Shown here one piece after another: positions 11,330 through 23,815 of a stretch of DNA of 47,691 nucleotides. The stretch comes from Octopus bimaculoides. Taxonomy: Eukaryota. Position 1 is the stretch's first letter, and the number at the start of each line of letters is the position of its first letter. The translations under genes and the position numbers were made by a program. Location: assembly GCF_001194135.2 (NCBI RefSeq), contig NC_069003.1, forward strand, positions 5,798,803 through 5,846,493, given 5' to 3'. The notes beneath the pieces were generated by a model, which was not told where the DNA came from, did not search any database, and was given only the letters and a program-made list of their open reading frames with translations.

Positions 11330-11730
11330 GTGCAGACATGACTGGCTGGTAAGAAGCTTGCTTCCTAACCAAATGGTTTTGGCTTCAGTACCACCGTGTG
11401 GCACCTTGGGCAAGTGTTTTCTACAATAGCCCCAGGCTGACAAAAGTGAGTAGATTTGATTAAGTGAGAAGACTGAGAGAAGCCTGTTTTCTCATGTATA
11501 TGTTTATATATTTATGTATGTGTGTCCTTGTGTTTGTCACCCACCACTGCTTGACAACCGGTATTGGTTTTTTTATGTTGCTGTAACTTAGCAGTTTGGC
11601 AAAAGACACTGATAGAATTAGAACCAGGTTTAAAAATAAGTACTAGAGTCAATTTGTTTGACTAAACCCTTGAAGGTGGTGCCCTAGTATGGTCGTAGTC
11701 CAATGACTGAAAGAGGTAAAAGATAAAAGA
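11330..11730 (+). mobile_element. SINE family A, full length
   Basis: GGTAAGAAGCTTGCTTCC...GGCACCTTGGGCAAGTG...CACCACTGCTTGACAACCGG...AAGGTGGTGCCCTAGTATGG...GTAAAAGATAAAAGA. Confidence 0.85.
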
Positions 11731-11816
11731 TATATACACATCACTCTCACTTTGGTACTCAAGTACTATTTTTTCCATCTTATTTTGCACCTATGTGTGT
11801 TTATATATATATATAT

Positions 11817-11968
11817 NNNNNNNNNNNNNNNNNNNNNNNNNNNNNNNNNNNNNNNNNNNNNNNNNNNNNNNNNNNNNNNNNNNNNNNNNNNNNNNNNNNN
11901 NNNNNNNNNNNNNNNNNNNNNNNNNNNNNNNNNNNNNNNNNNNNNNNNNNNNNNNNNNNNNNNNNNNN
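11817..11968. other. Assembly gap
   Basis: Run of N flanked by (TA)n. Confidence 0.99.
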
Positions 11969-11978
11969 TATATATATA

Positions 11979-12267
11979 GTTGAGTGAGAGACAAACAAAA
12001 CTCCTTGTAACACCAAAGATGAACTGAAGGCAAGGTTTGGCAATGTTCACCAACTTGAACAAGGAGACCATCCAGAAGAGTTGTAGGTGATTCCAAAGTT
12101 GTCTGGAGGACATGGTTGAAGCCAATGGCGATTTTATTGAATAAATTCACTCCTTAGTATTTCAGGATATTTTTATGTCGTTTTTGGGAATATATCTGTT
12201 AAAATGAGATGTCAGCATTATTTTCATGTTTGCGTAATTTAGACAACAGTTTATTCACTGCATCCTG
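11979..12267 (+). mobile_element. Tc1/mariner (maT/DD37D-like) transposon 3' end with terminal repeat
   Basis: Translation VE*ETNKTPCNTKDELKAR..FTNLNKETIQKSCR*FQSCLEDMVEANGDFIE*, then a terminus ...TTTATTCACTGCATCCTG followed by TA at 12268-12269. Confidence 0.75.
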
Positions 12268-12995
12268 TATATGTGTGTGTGTGTGTGTGTGTATGTATAT
12301 ATATGAGTATGTATGTATATACATATAAAGAGAGAGAGAGACAGAATGATAGGTAGATATGTGTATATGTATAACACACATACTTTGGTAGTTTCGCTAG
12401 TAAGTGTTCCGATAATTCAATCAACTGAAACTAACTATGAATCAATTTATTAGCACGAAAGTGGCTGAATATTCCAAGCACAATCACCATTAATGAAGTC
12501 ATTTGCCAGACTCAGTATGACTCACACTCACTCACACACACACAGTGTGATACCGTTTCCTTGAGGCTCCCTCTCTCGTTTCTGGTCACTAAGTGCGATG
12601 ACATCTGTATGCGTAACAGGGTGGACAGACCTGATTATTAGTGGGTTATTGATTAACACATTTCATCTGAGTAGAAATTAGTAAATTTGATATTTATAAC
12701 CTCACATTAGCCTTTGCTCCCTCTGCCACCACCACCACTTCACATAATTATGGTCTCCCATAAATCACATCTTTTTTTTTTTTTTTTGTTCCTAATTATG
12801 TAGTCAATAAAAGGTCAGTGTCCTAAATATGAATGCATTCACACAGTATGGTGAAATATTCTGTTGAGTTTGAATATGGTTGTCATATGTATCAAGGTAT
12901 GAAAGAGGCGAGCTGGCAGCATCTTTGGCACACCAGGCAAAATGCTTAACCGTACAGCCACTCCTGTTCCCATATATGTGTGTGTGTGTATATAT

Positions 12996-13180
12996 CATCA
13001 TCATTTAACGTCTGCTTTCCATGCTAGAATGAATCAGATGGCTTGGCTTGAGAGGAGCTGGCAAGCAAGAAGTCTGTGCCAAGCCTCAACCATCTGCATT
13101 GGCATGTTTTTTTTTATGGCTGGATCCCCTTCCTATCTGTGTTTTGTCATGGAGAAAATTTCTCGCTGTAGACAAGTATA
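12996..13180 (-). mobile_element. SINE family C'
   Basis: CATCATCATTTAACGTCTGCTTTCCATGCTAG...ATGGCTGGATCCCCTTCC. Confidence 0.7.
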
Positions 13181-13221
13181 TATTTTTATGTGTGTGTGTG
13201 TGTGTGTGTGTGTTGTAAATC

Positions 13222-13365
13222 ATTAAAGTAGTTGGCATTAGGAAGGGCATCCAGCCACAAAAACCCATGTCAAGGCAGTTAGTGGAGCTTGGTGCAGTTT
13301 TCTTGTTTGCCAGCTCCTGTCAAACCATCCAACCCATTCCAGCATGGAAAATAGATGCTAAATGG
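13222..13365 (+). mobile_element. SINE family C 3' part
   Basis: GTTGGCATTAGGAAGGGCATCCAGCC...CTCCTGTCAAACCATCCAACCCATTCCAGCATGGAAA. Confidence 0.8.
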
Positions 13366-13384
13366 GGATACATATATAGGAACT

Positions 13385-13550
13385 GGTGTGATTATGCAGT
13401 TAAGAAGCTTGCTTCCAATTAAGTGGTCTAGGGTTCAGTCCCACTGTGCAATACCTTGCAAAAATATCTTTCTCTATAGCCCAAGCCAACTAAATTCTTG
13501 TGAGTGGATTTAGTGACTTGGTTGATGGAAACTGAAAGAAACCTCTCAAT
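13385..13550 (+). mobile_element. SINE family A, 5' half
   Basis: AAGAAGCTTGCTTCC...GGGTTCAGTCCCACTGTG...CTTGTGAGTGGATTT...GGAAACTGAAAGAA. Confidence 0.75.
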
Positions 13551-13719
13551 AAATAAATTAGCAGTCTATGGCAGTAAAATGGCAAAATTGTTAGCGTTGG
13601 AGAGGATGCCTTGTGATACGTGTTCCGGGTGTTTGAGTTCTGAGTTCAAATTCCACGTATTATCACTATCCTCTTTGTGTTGAAAAACAAAGTCCTTCGA
13701 AATCCAGCTAACAATGATA

Positions 13720-13845
13720 TATTAGGGGTGATGTGGTCGCAGAAATTGTCTGACATTGCCATGACTGGGTTCTACTTGTGTGGCATGGTGCAGAGTCCAG
13801 TTGCGAGACATAGGGCCTTCCAGCAGCCACCTTCTTGAGTTCCTT
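13720..13845 (-). mobile_element. maT/DD37D-like transposase catalytic-region fragment
   Basis: KVAAGRPYVSQLDSAPCHTSRTQSW, then after a frameshift SDNFCDHITPNI. Resembles the QQDSAPCH second-aspartate motif of Tc1/maT transposases. Confidence 0.75.
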
Positions 13846-15209
13846 TGAGAAATAGCTTGGCTGCATATAAAAAAAAACAAAAAAAACAAAGCTGCTCAAA
13901 GTGGATTACTAACATTGGAGGGGGAAAAAGTTGCCACCATTAAGAGAATTGTCCATTAATTGAATTAATATCCATGTGCAACACAGCTGGAGTTTATCTA
14001 GTGATGATGAACAAGTTTTACTGATGATTTGTTGGGCTGATTAATTGGCAGCCAATCTATTGAAGAAGACAGAATAAATGACTTTAGAGCAACTGTACCA
14101 TAGTTGGATTGGCATTTTAAAGATGCAGTAAAAAGATCTCATGACTCTTTGCCTCAAACTTGCAATCCAGAAAAGCTATCATAATTTCTACAAACAGTTA
14201 GCAATTGATGTACATACAAGCTGTAGAGGCTACAGACAAAAAAATCTGTGTAACTTAACATTATATATTCCAATATTGAAATAGATTCCTGTATGTACCT
14301 TATCTAGATAAATCTAAAAGTCATATAACTTGATATTTTCATATATTGGTATGATGGCAGTTCTTCATGTGTGCAGATCATGATGAAGAATGACAAATCT
14401 TTAAGTGGCTATGTAAACCAATCTTTGATATAGTTGCCTGTCTAAACCTTATATAATTAGAAAAATACCCCAAAATAGAAGGTAAAAAAATATTCCATAC
14501 CAAACTTTTAAAAATATATTTCTCATCAGAAATTTGTTGGAGTTATGACTGTTCAATTTTTTTAGGGATGAAATTCCTTGTAGGGTTTTAATTAGACTTT
14601 TAGGTAATGAAATTTAAATTTATGTATCTCAGTTTTCCTGCTTGATAGGAATAGCTATGAAATCTTTCAGGAATGTTAATGACATCTTATCTTGAAGATT
14701 ATCATTTATCTACTTAATACTAAGAAACCAGAGCTACAGAGCTAAACATTTGCCCTTAAGAGATACATACATTACAGTTTAACCCTTTTGTTACCATATT
14801 TCTGTTATGAGTTGTGATGTCACTGATGCCAAGCTGTATTAGCTTTTGCTTTTGCCTTGACTAACATCAGTGGAGAGAGGGGAGGCTGGTATGCAGGTGC
14901 AACTGCTGGTCTTTCATAAACAACCTTGCCCAGACTTGTGCCTCAGAGGGGAACTTTTTAGGTGCAACCCTATGGTCGTTTATGACCAAAGGGGGTCTTT
15001 ACTGTGTCTCAATTAAACATGAAATTTAGCACTAAAAAATCAAAGCTAAACATTGGTCCTTAAATGATACATTACATTACAATTTAAGTGATTGATCTAC
15101 AAGCCTTTAATGGAACATGAAGTGGGGTGGGATGTATGAAGTTATCCCCATCTTTATGTAAGTGTGGAACTGTGGGGGGGGAGCCTTTCCAGAAGTATAG
15201 GGTCAGTAA

Positions 15210-15462
15210 CAGTTAGGTAAAGTTACCTTCTCAAGTCATGCCAACTCATAAGGGCTAGTTTCCATGGCATATGAATTCCCCCACCTGGATGGGATGCTGG
15301 TCGGTCACAGGATTACTCATTTTTGCCAGCCAAGGGGACAGGAGCAATGTGAAATGAGGTGCTGTGTTCAAGAACACAATGCATCACCCGGTCCAGGAAT
15401 TGAAACCACAATCTTACAATTATGAGTCCAACACCCTAACCACTAAGCCATGCACCTCCACC
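15210..15462 (-). mobile_element. SINE family D (tRNA-like head)
   Basis: Reverse complement: GGTGCATGGCTTAGTGGTTAGGGTG (A-box-like)...GGTTTCAATTCC (B-box-like)...TGTGTTCTTGAAC...CAGCATCCCATCCAGGTGGGG; similar copies at 32030 and 47040. Confidence 0.75.
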
Positions 15463-16772
15463 TATAGGGTCAATGACATCATGCAAGTGGCCAAGGGGCA
15501 TTGCTATAAGGAGGAGAGCCATTGAGGACATGTGAGCAGAAGGATGACTAGCTCTTTTGCTTTGGAATGAATGTGGTGGCTGTACAAGCTCAAGGAATTT
15601 ACTGCTAGGTTCTGACCAGAGATTCGGTGGGTAGAGCTTTTATGAATGTATCTCGTCTGGATGCGATGGACGATATGAGAGGACCTGTGAAATAGGTAAG
15701 CTATCCTTTTTCCTTTAGGTACAACAGAAGTTTCTACAAACTTAAAACTTACTCTCAACTGTGAACCCAATAGATTGTCTCTGGATCTCTCATGATTTCC
15801 ACCTTAAATATTTCTCCTCCTGCTCTGCTTCAATTTCTGCTCTGGGACCTTACACACTGTTGAAGATGCTGTTTGTTTGTTGTTGTCGTTGTTGTTGCTG
15901 CTGTTTTTTTTTTATGTGTATATGTTGTGATTTTATTCAATAACTGCAGTTTCATTGAACAACCTTTGATCAATGATTGATTGTATCTGTCCAAAACTGT
16001 CTATAAATCAGGTCAGATGCTTCCATTTCAAGAATTCAAAAGACATTCATTACTGTCTTTTGTGCCAACCCCACTACTATCCCCCATCATCATATCACCA
16101 CCACCACCCCTCAAATATGTTTACTGAGCTGAATAATTGTGTAGTTTGTACCAGAATACAAGATTTTATTTTGTTTGTAGTTTCATGTTGGCTCTCAGCC
16201 AGCTGACAATCCAACTATGACCATCCTGTTTTTTTAGTCAGATATACTGTATTTAGGACTATATATTCATTTGCATTTCTTTTACTTATTTAAGACTGCA
16301 GAATGTGTTTTGAAGGAGATTTGACTACTTTTTCTAGCAGTTTGAGTAACTCTTCCATGGGTCAGTCATAGCTGTGATTGTTTTCTTGTTCTTTTCTTTT
16401 CCAATCATATTATCTAGGTCTGGATGAAGGTGTTCTATCCCTGCCCTGCACCTAATGAAAAAAAAAAAAAGAGAACTGGGTCTAGTGATGAGTGCAGGAC
16501 TTGGTGGTGTTGGATGCAATGTGGATGAGAAGAGACTAGATAGTCAAGAGGGCAGAAACGCCAAACAAAATAGTACAGGCTATGAGGTGTTAGATATAGT
16601 GAAGGTTATGAGAGGGGAAAAAGTGGGTGGGTCAAGCACTTCGTTTGGTAGTGATTGTTATTTAGCCATGTGAACCCTTGTTGAGAACCACTGAGTTAGG
16701 TGGTAGATTTTGTTAGTTCAGGACAATAAAGACCATTGTAAGTAGCTGCCTCTCAATTGGATGTAGTTCAAA

Positions 16773-16773
<1 letters not shown>

Positions 16774-16824
<51 letters not shown>

Positions 16825-17332
16825 NNNNNNNNNNNNNNNNNNNNNNNNNNNNNNNNNNNNNNNNNNNNNNNNNNNNNNNNNNNNNNNNNNNNNNNNNNNN
16901 NNNNNNNNNNNNNNNNNNNNNNNNNNNNNNNNNNNNNNNNNNNNNNNNNNNNNNNNNNNNNNNNNNNNNNNNNNNNNNNNNNNNNNNNNNNNNNNNNNNN
17001 NNNNNNNNNNNNNNNNNNNNNNNNNNNNNNNNNNNNNNNNNNNNNNNNNNNNNNNNNNNNNNNNNNNNNNNNNNNNNNNNNNNNNNNNNNNNNNNNNNNN
17101 NNNNNNNNNNNNNNNNNNNNNNNNNNNNNNNNNNNNNNNNNNNNNNNNNNNNNNNNNNNNNNNNNNNNNNNNNNNNNNNNNNNNNNNNNNNNNNNNNNNN
17201 NNNNNNNNNNNNNNNNNNNNNNNNNNNNNNNNNNNNNNNNNNNNNNNNNNNNNNNNNNNNNNNNNNNNNNNNNNNNNNNNNNNNNNNNNNNNNNNCTCTC
17301 TCTCTCCCTCCCTCTCTCTCTCTCTCTCTCTC
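16774..17332. repeat. (GT)n, assembly gap (16825-17295), (CT)n
   Basis: Direct reading; all ORFs across it are N or microsatellite artefacts. Confidence 0.97.
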
Positions 17333-17394
17333 CATTAAATGGACTACTTCATTCATGGGCTGGCTTAGAAATTTGAGAAATCATGACTAGCATA

Positions 17395-17870
17395 AGACTT
17401 TAATATAATACTGAAACATAATACTTTAACATGTTACTTTTATATAGACTTTAACGTGTGACTTTAAGTATAAATCTTCAAATATAACTCAAAACTTTAA
17501 ACAAAAGTCTTCGAGTTGAAGCTATTTGACTTTAAAAGGAGATTTTGCTATAAAGCATTCATATGAAACTTTAAAGATAATCCTATAAGATTGTTACACT
17601 AAACGGTCATACAACACTGTCATACCACATGGTTACATAACACTGTCTCAAAATACTGTCACACAAGACTGTTGCATGAGACTGTTGCATGACACTTACA
17701 CAAAACCATCACACAAGACTGTCACATAACACTATCATACAACACTGTCTCGGAACACTGTCACACAAGTCTGTCACATTACACTGTTGTATAACAGTCA
17801 CACAAAGCTCAAACAGCACTTTCATGTAAAACTATTGCACAGCACTCACACACAAGGCTGACACACAAAC
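17395..17870. repeat. Degenerate 13-bp-period minisatellite
   Basis: ACT-anchored units mostly 13 bp apart (17397, 17410, 17423, 17436...17642, 17655, 17668, 17681, 17718, 17731, 17744, 17757). Confidence 0.8.
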
Positions 17871-17965
17871 AGGCACCTACATCATATTATGTTGTCATTT
17901 TGTCATATTATTCATCAAAAGGTTATTAATATTAATATAATGTATAAAGTTTCTTAATATTAATA

Positions 17966-18176
17966 GGTGGTGAGCTGGCAGAATTGTTACCATGCTGAGC
18001 AAAATACTTAATGGCATTTCGTCCATGTTAACATTCTGGGTTCAAATTCTGCCGAGGTCGTCTTTGCCTTTCATCCTTTCGGAGTTGATAAAATAAGTAC
18101 CAGTTGAGCACTGGGGTCCATGTAATCAACTTACTTTCTCCTCAAAATTGCTTGCCTTGTGTCAAAATTTGAAATC
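17966..18176 (+). mobile_element. SINE family B, full length
   Basis: GGTGGTGAGCTGGCAGAATTG...GGTTCAAATTCTGCCGAGGTCG...GATAAAATAAGTACCAG...AAAATTTGAAATC. Confidence 0.88.
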
Positions 18177-18689
18177 AATATAAATATAATATAATAATAT
18201 AATGTTTATTAATACAAATATAATAATATGATGTAAATGTATTACACCTCAACTACATTGGCGTTGGCGCCAAGCAGTGATAGTCTGGCTGTTTGACTGC
18301 TTTCTTTATGATAATTAATAATTAGTTTTGTTTGTAATCAACATATTAATTAGAACAGAATAATTCAAATTTATTTTCATAAGATATGTTTTGTTTTCAT
18401 CCTTTTAATTCTTAGAAACATTTTTTTTACTATATTGATTAATTATATTAATCTAAATTCTGAATTATTACAAGGTTTTAGTTGATTAGCAAATACATTT
18501 AATTGTAAATCTAAAATATGTTTAGCGAGATTTATTTTGTTGCTGTTTGCTACTTACCTTTCATACTGTTTGATATGAGTTGATTGATTTATTGAAATTA
18601 ACAAAAACAATTATTGAGAAATTATTTGAAACTGTTAACACACTAATATAGATACACGTACACTGTACCTTCTAGTTCTTGCAGCAGTA

Positions 18690-19060
18690 TTTATTTGAGG
18701 CAACTCTGGCCGAGTTCACCATGGCCCTCATGAATGTTGCATGGTGGACAACAGTCAGCTGCAGTTGAGGCTGTAATTGATAGCCATTCCTAGCTCCATT
18801 GTCAAAGACCGTAGATGCAGGGGCCCAGTTGTGCTTCTACATCCACCTTTACCGTTGCCAGCCATGACTTCAGTTGTCCCCCAGTTCATTTGCACCAGCC
18901 TGATAGAGGAGCCCAGTTGACCATCTTGTGAATGAATTTCCCTGGAGGCTGACATAAAGCATAGCCAAGCCACCTTAGATGTCTTATGAGTGGAACTTGT
19001 TGCAGCATTGTCATATTTCAGGGCTCAAAAAGAAGTCCAATGGGCTAGCTGGTTGGCTAT
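18690..19060 (-). mobile_element. Decayed RTE-clade LINE, ORF2 extreme C-terminus (second lineage)
   Basis: Minus frame HLRWLGYALCQPPG...NWAPLSGWCK*TGGQLKSWLATVKVDVEAQLGPCIYGL*QWS*EWLS. Resembles the RTE tail LRWxGH...GGQxKTW...LGPxVYGLRxW. Confidence 0.7.
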
Positions 19061-20109
19061 TTGTCTGGCTGTCTGTCTATGTGTGTGTGTTTTTATACAT
19101 GTCATAGAAATATTGCTTCTACTAGTTTGTTACTTAGCTAATTTTAACCATTAGTACCAACATTGCGGGATGGTTAAGTTTACTTGGCAATCATGTGGCT
19201 CTGGTTTGATCCCACAGCACAAAACCTCGGTCAAGTGTTCCCTACCATCTCATTTGGTTCAAGCTAATTCTCATCTCTGAAATTAAGATGGAAACTATCC
19301 AATAGACTCTATTTGTTATTGTGTGGTCAGATTTGATTGTTTGCCTAATTTAATGTCACTAACTGGTCCTTTGAGTGTCTTTCTTCAACAGGGCTCTGCT
19401 CTTTTCAGAAGCATTCAGACTTGGTATCTGTTCTCTGATTTAAGGACCACCTCTTCCCCACTGTCCCAATTTCTTAATGTATTCCTTTCTACTACATCAA
19501 CCCCAGCAGTTGTGATTTCTTCACTCCCTTCTCTCCACTCCTACCCGTATCAGAGACCTAATAAAAGGTCGCAGCCATTGCCCTTCCTCTTCTAACTAAG
19601 AGCCATACCCTCTCCCATCCACAAATTCTCTGATTCCAACCATCATCACACTCAACCATCATTACCATTTTCTGGTGTCAGGTTCCATGCATGACTGTCA
19701 TGGCAGCACCAATATTTCTAAATTGTTCACACAAAAAAAAATGGAAAAAAAAAAAATACAAAATAGCAGACAAACAGACACATTCTGTGTGAATCAAACT
19801 TCCGTTCCAGAGAATTCTCATTACATTATTCTGGATATTTTCCTGAGAACAATTACATTGAAATAGTTTCGACACTATTTGGTATTAAAAATGGTTTACT
19901 GTTTTTCTTTTGTGTATTTTTTTCCCTTTCTTGCTTTTCTTTTTCTTTCTTTTTCCTAAAATTTACATTGCACTTTGACATTTTACTAGGATTTTTGGTA
20001 ATGTTTTGGAATATTTCGTTTTAGATGCTATCCACTTACACTGGTTGTGTAATGATAATGTCGATAGTGGTGAGGGTGGTTGCAACAATGATGCAATTAT
20101 TATTATTGA

Positions 20110-20280
20110 TTTCAAATCCTGCTGAGGTCACCTTTACCTTTCATCCTTTCAGGGTCAATAAAATAAGTACCAGTTGAACACTGGGGTCAATGCAAATGAT
20201 TTACCCTTCTCCCAAAATTTTGGGCTACGTACCTATAGTAAAAAAGATTATTATTATTATTACTATTATTATCATTATTA

Positions 20281-20320
<40 letters not shown>

Positions 20321-20525
20321 TACTGTTGTTAATTCTGCCAAGATTGACATTGCCTTTCATCCTTTGATTGGGGTGGGGATCGATAAAATAAGTACTAGTT
20401 GAGCATTAGGGTCGATGTAATCAACTTATCTGTCCCCTAAAATTGCTGGCCTTGTGCCAAAATTTGAAACCATTATTATTATTATTTATTTCAAATCCTG
20501 CAGAAGTTGACTTTGCTTTCCATTA
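20110..20525 (+). mobile_element. Chain of three partial SINE B copies separated by (ATT)n
   Basis: Repeated TCAAATCCTGC..AGGT..CTTT.CCTTTCATCC...GATAAAATAAGTAC blocks at about 20112, 20335 and 20490, each preceded by ATT repeats. Confidence 0.8.
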
Positions 20526-20813
20526 TTATTATTATTATTATCATCATCATCATCATCACCACTACTATCGTCATCATCATTATTATTCTTAGATTCTGTG
20601 TTGTATATTTTTCTCAATGACTTTGGTTTGAATTTCAGTTTTGCACCTATATTTGAACAACCTGATTGTGAGGAGAGGTAGGTTTTGCGTTACCTCCCAC
20701 TCCCATAAACAGTTACCACCCCACCTTCTGTATACAGCCCCTCCCATGTTTCATCACCACCAATTTATCTTTTCTTGTCTTTTCACATAACATACATTTA
20801 TATATCTACATAC

Positions 20814-20848
<35 letters not shown>

Positions 20849-22155
20849 TTTATTTTTTGCTAATCCAGTTGATTGTTACTCTACAGTTTCTCTGATGTCT
20901 TATTGTTTCATCAGGGAGAATTAACTGGATTTATTTAATTCTGTTTGATGAACCAAATGGACATCAGAAAAACACCAGAATAATGACCACCTGCTGGGTC
21001 AGTCAATTATTGTATTCTGCTGCAGTATTGAGCACGTATTTTCTATCATTTTTAACAACACCAATTTTGTGTGTGTGTGTGTGTGTGTATAAAATCATTT
21101 AATGTACACAGTATAAAGACATCACCTACTAATGGAGATACAAAGTGTGCTATAAAAACCTGCCCAGACACGTGTCTTTACAGCAAGAAGCGTGGATTAT
21201 GAAGAAGTTTCATGATTGATTTGATTGTATTTACATCAGCTTCTCACCGGAGCTCAAAAGCATTCTTGGTTTGAAGTCTCAAGACCAAAAGGGAGAGATT
21301 TATAAATGCACTCTGCCCATCTCTACTATTTTTGCTTGCCGCTCTACTATTATGCTGAACATCTAATCATATTGAATGTTATATTTTGGAGACTTATATA
21401 TTCCAGTAGAGTGTGAAACCCATTCAGTACGTGATTTAATGGCATTTAAGGCACATTTATTCCCTGCAAAAATGTCTCAAAAAATCACCCTGGATTCTAA
21501 TAGGTGAAGTTGGGCCTCCCGTAAACTAATTTTGTCTTCATTCATCTGAATATATGTTGCTGGAATCAGGGGTGCATTTGATGTACCTGTGTGTATTTGA
21601 TGCCATCAAATATGTTATTAACTGATGTTATTAACAGAGAACCACAACATGAAATTGAGAGCCAACTGATGCTAATAAGGGACAAAGATTCCTGATGTGC
21701 TATGATGAAATGCATCGCAATTGCAACCACTTAAAGAGAAGTGATATCTATTCCAAACCAATAGTTTTAATCAGGAGAAGGTTAATTGCATTACGAAATC
21801 CCTTCATATTCGCAATCCTTTTTAAGATCATCTGTCAAGCATTGATAGAGTATGTGATTAAGAAATACAGTTACAAAGTATTGTAACTCTACTTTATTGG
21901 ATATTTATAACAATATAAATTGTTAAAATGTTTCCGATTCCATTTTATCCTTTGCTTTTATATACTTTCCTTGTTTTGCTTCAATAGAATTTCATCTGAC
22001 AAATGAATTTCAAAAAGTTCCTGATGATTCTTTGTCTCACTCCCTTATTTTTTCATCCCCCTTTTTATCTCCTATTTTGTTTAAAGATTGGGGGGGGGGA
22101 CATTTCACTTTTTAACATTTGAGTTCAGTATATTTTGAAATGTGTGGTAAGTGTA

Positions 22156-22188
<33 letters not shown>

Positions 22189-22270
22189 CATTATTCAGTA
22201 TATTGTTAACATTATTATTATTCATTTATGAAGATTGACATAACTCTTTAATCGCATCAGGATTTTATTG

Positions 22271-22315
<45 letters not shown>

Positions 22316-22317
<2 letters not shown>

Positions 22318-22534
22318 GGTAGCAAGCTGCCAGAATCGTTAGCATGCTGAGCAAAATGTTTAGCACCATTTCGTCTGTCTCTTTGTTCTGAGTTCAACTT
22401 CCGCTGAGGCCGACTTCGCCTTTCGTCCTTTTGGGGACAATAAATTAAGTACCAGTTGAACACTGAGGTTGATGTAATCGACTCATCCCCTCCCCCAGAA
22501 CTGCTACCCTTGTGCCAAAAATTTGAAACCATCA

Positions 22535-22573
<39 letters not shown>

Positions 22574-22775
22574 GTGAGCAGGCAGAATCGTTAGCATGCT
22601 GAGCAAAATGCCAAGTGGCATTTCATCCATCTTCACGTCCTGAGTTCATATTCTGCTGAGGTCGATTTTGTCTTTCATTCTTTCGGAGTCAATAAAATAA
22701 GTACCAGTTGAGCACTGGGGTCGTTGTAATTGACTATCGCTCTCACACAAAATTTCAGGCCTCATGCCTTTTAGT
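22316..22775 (+). mobile_element. Two SINE B copies head-to-tail, each preceded by (ATT)n
   Basis: AAGGTAGCAAGCTGCCAGAATCGTTAGCATGC at 22316 and GAGCAGGCAGAATCGTTAGCATGC at about 22575. Confidence 0.88.
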
Positions 22776-23153
22776 AGTAAGGATTATTATTACTATTATT
22801 ACAATAATCCCACATGTATATTGTGGATATATATATACACATGCACACACACATATATATATACATGCATATATACATATGTATGTAAATACATTTGTTT
22901 GTCTGTGTATGCAATTGCATGAGATAGACAGACAGGTAGATAGATAAAGCAAGAGGGGATGTGGGACCTTATCTGGAGGCTTTAAAATATAATTGTTATC
23001 AGTAATTAATAGGCCATGTTAATTATAATTTCTGAAACATGTCTTTAACGGCTCTGTGACACTTAGGATCTATTCTAATTAATTTTAGCCATGCATTCAC
23101 TACTGATTGAAAACTCTCCCCTTATGTATATGCATGTGTGTATGTGTGTGTGC

Positions 23154-23193
<40 letters not shown>

Positions 23194-23628
23194 NNNNNNN
23201 NNNNNNNNNNNNNNNNNNNNNNNNNNNNNNNNNNNNNNNNNNNNNNNNNNNNNNNNNNNNNNNNNNNNNNNNNNNNNNNNNNNNNNNNNNNNNNNNNNNN
23301 NNNNNNNNNNNNNNNNNNNNNNNNNNNNNNNNNNNNNNNNNNNNNNNNNNNNNNNNNNNNNNNNNNNNNNNNNNNNNNNNNNNNNNNNNNNNNNNNNNNN
23401 NNNNNNNNNNNNNNNNNNNNNNNNNNNNNNNNNNNNNNNNNNNNNNNNNNNNNNNNNNNNNNNNNNNNNNNNNNNNNNNNNNNNNNNNNNNNNNNNNNNN
23501 NNNNNNNNNNNNNNNNNNNNNNNNNNNNNNNNNNNNNNNNNNNNNNNNNNNNNNNNNNNNNNNNNNNNNNNNNNNNNNNNNNNNNNNNNNNNNNNNNNNN
23601 NNNNNNNNNNNNNNNNNNNNNNNNNNNN
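23194..23628. other. Assembly gap
   Basis: Run of N after (TA)n. Confidence 0.99.
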
Positions 23629-23815
23629 GCAGAATTTCTACAGCTGGATGCCCTTCCTAACGCCAACCACTCAGAGAGTGTAGTGGGTGCTTTTACGTGT
23701 CACCCGCACGAAGGCCAGTCAGGCGGTACTGGCAATGGCCACGCTCAAAATGGTGCAATTCATGTGCCACCCACACAAGAGCCAGTCCAGGGGCACTGGC
23801 AACGATCTCACACGA
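23629..23815 (-). mobile_element. Young SINE family C copy (62-bp-unit subfamily), truncated by the gap
   Basis: Near-identical in reverse complement to 31340-31460 (CAGCTGGATGCCCTTCCTAACGCCAACCACTCAGAGAG...CACCCGCACGAAGGCCAGTCAGGCGGTACTGGC). Confidence 0.9.

Noticed and set aside
15609-15695. Exon-like segment before TAG|GTAAGC (VLTRDSVGRAFMNVSRLDAMDDMRGPVK*)
   Set aside because: Poor acceptor, and the only open frame ends in a stop at the donor.
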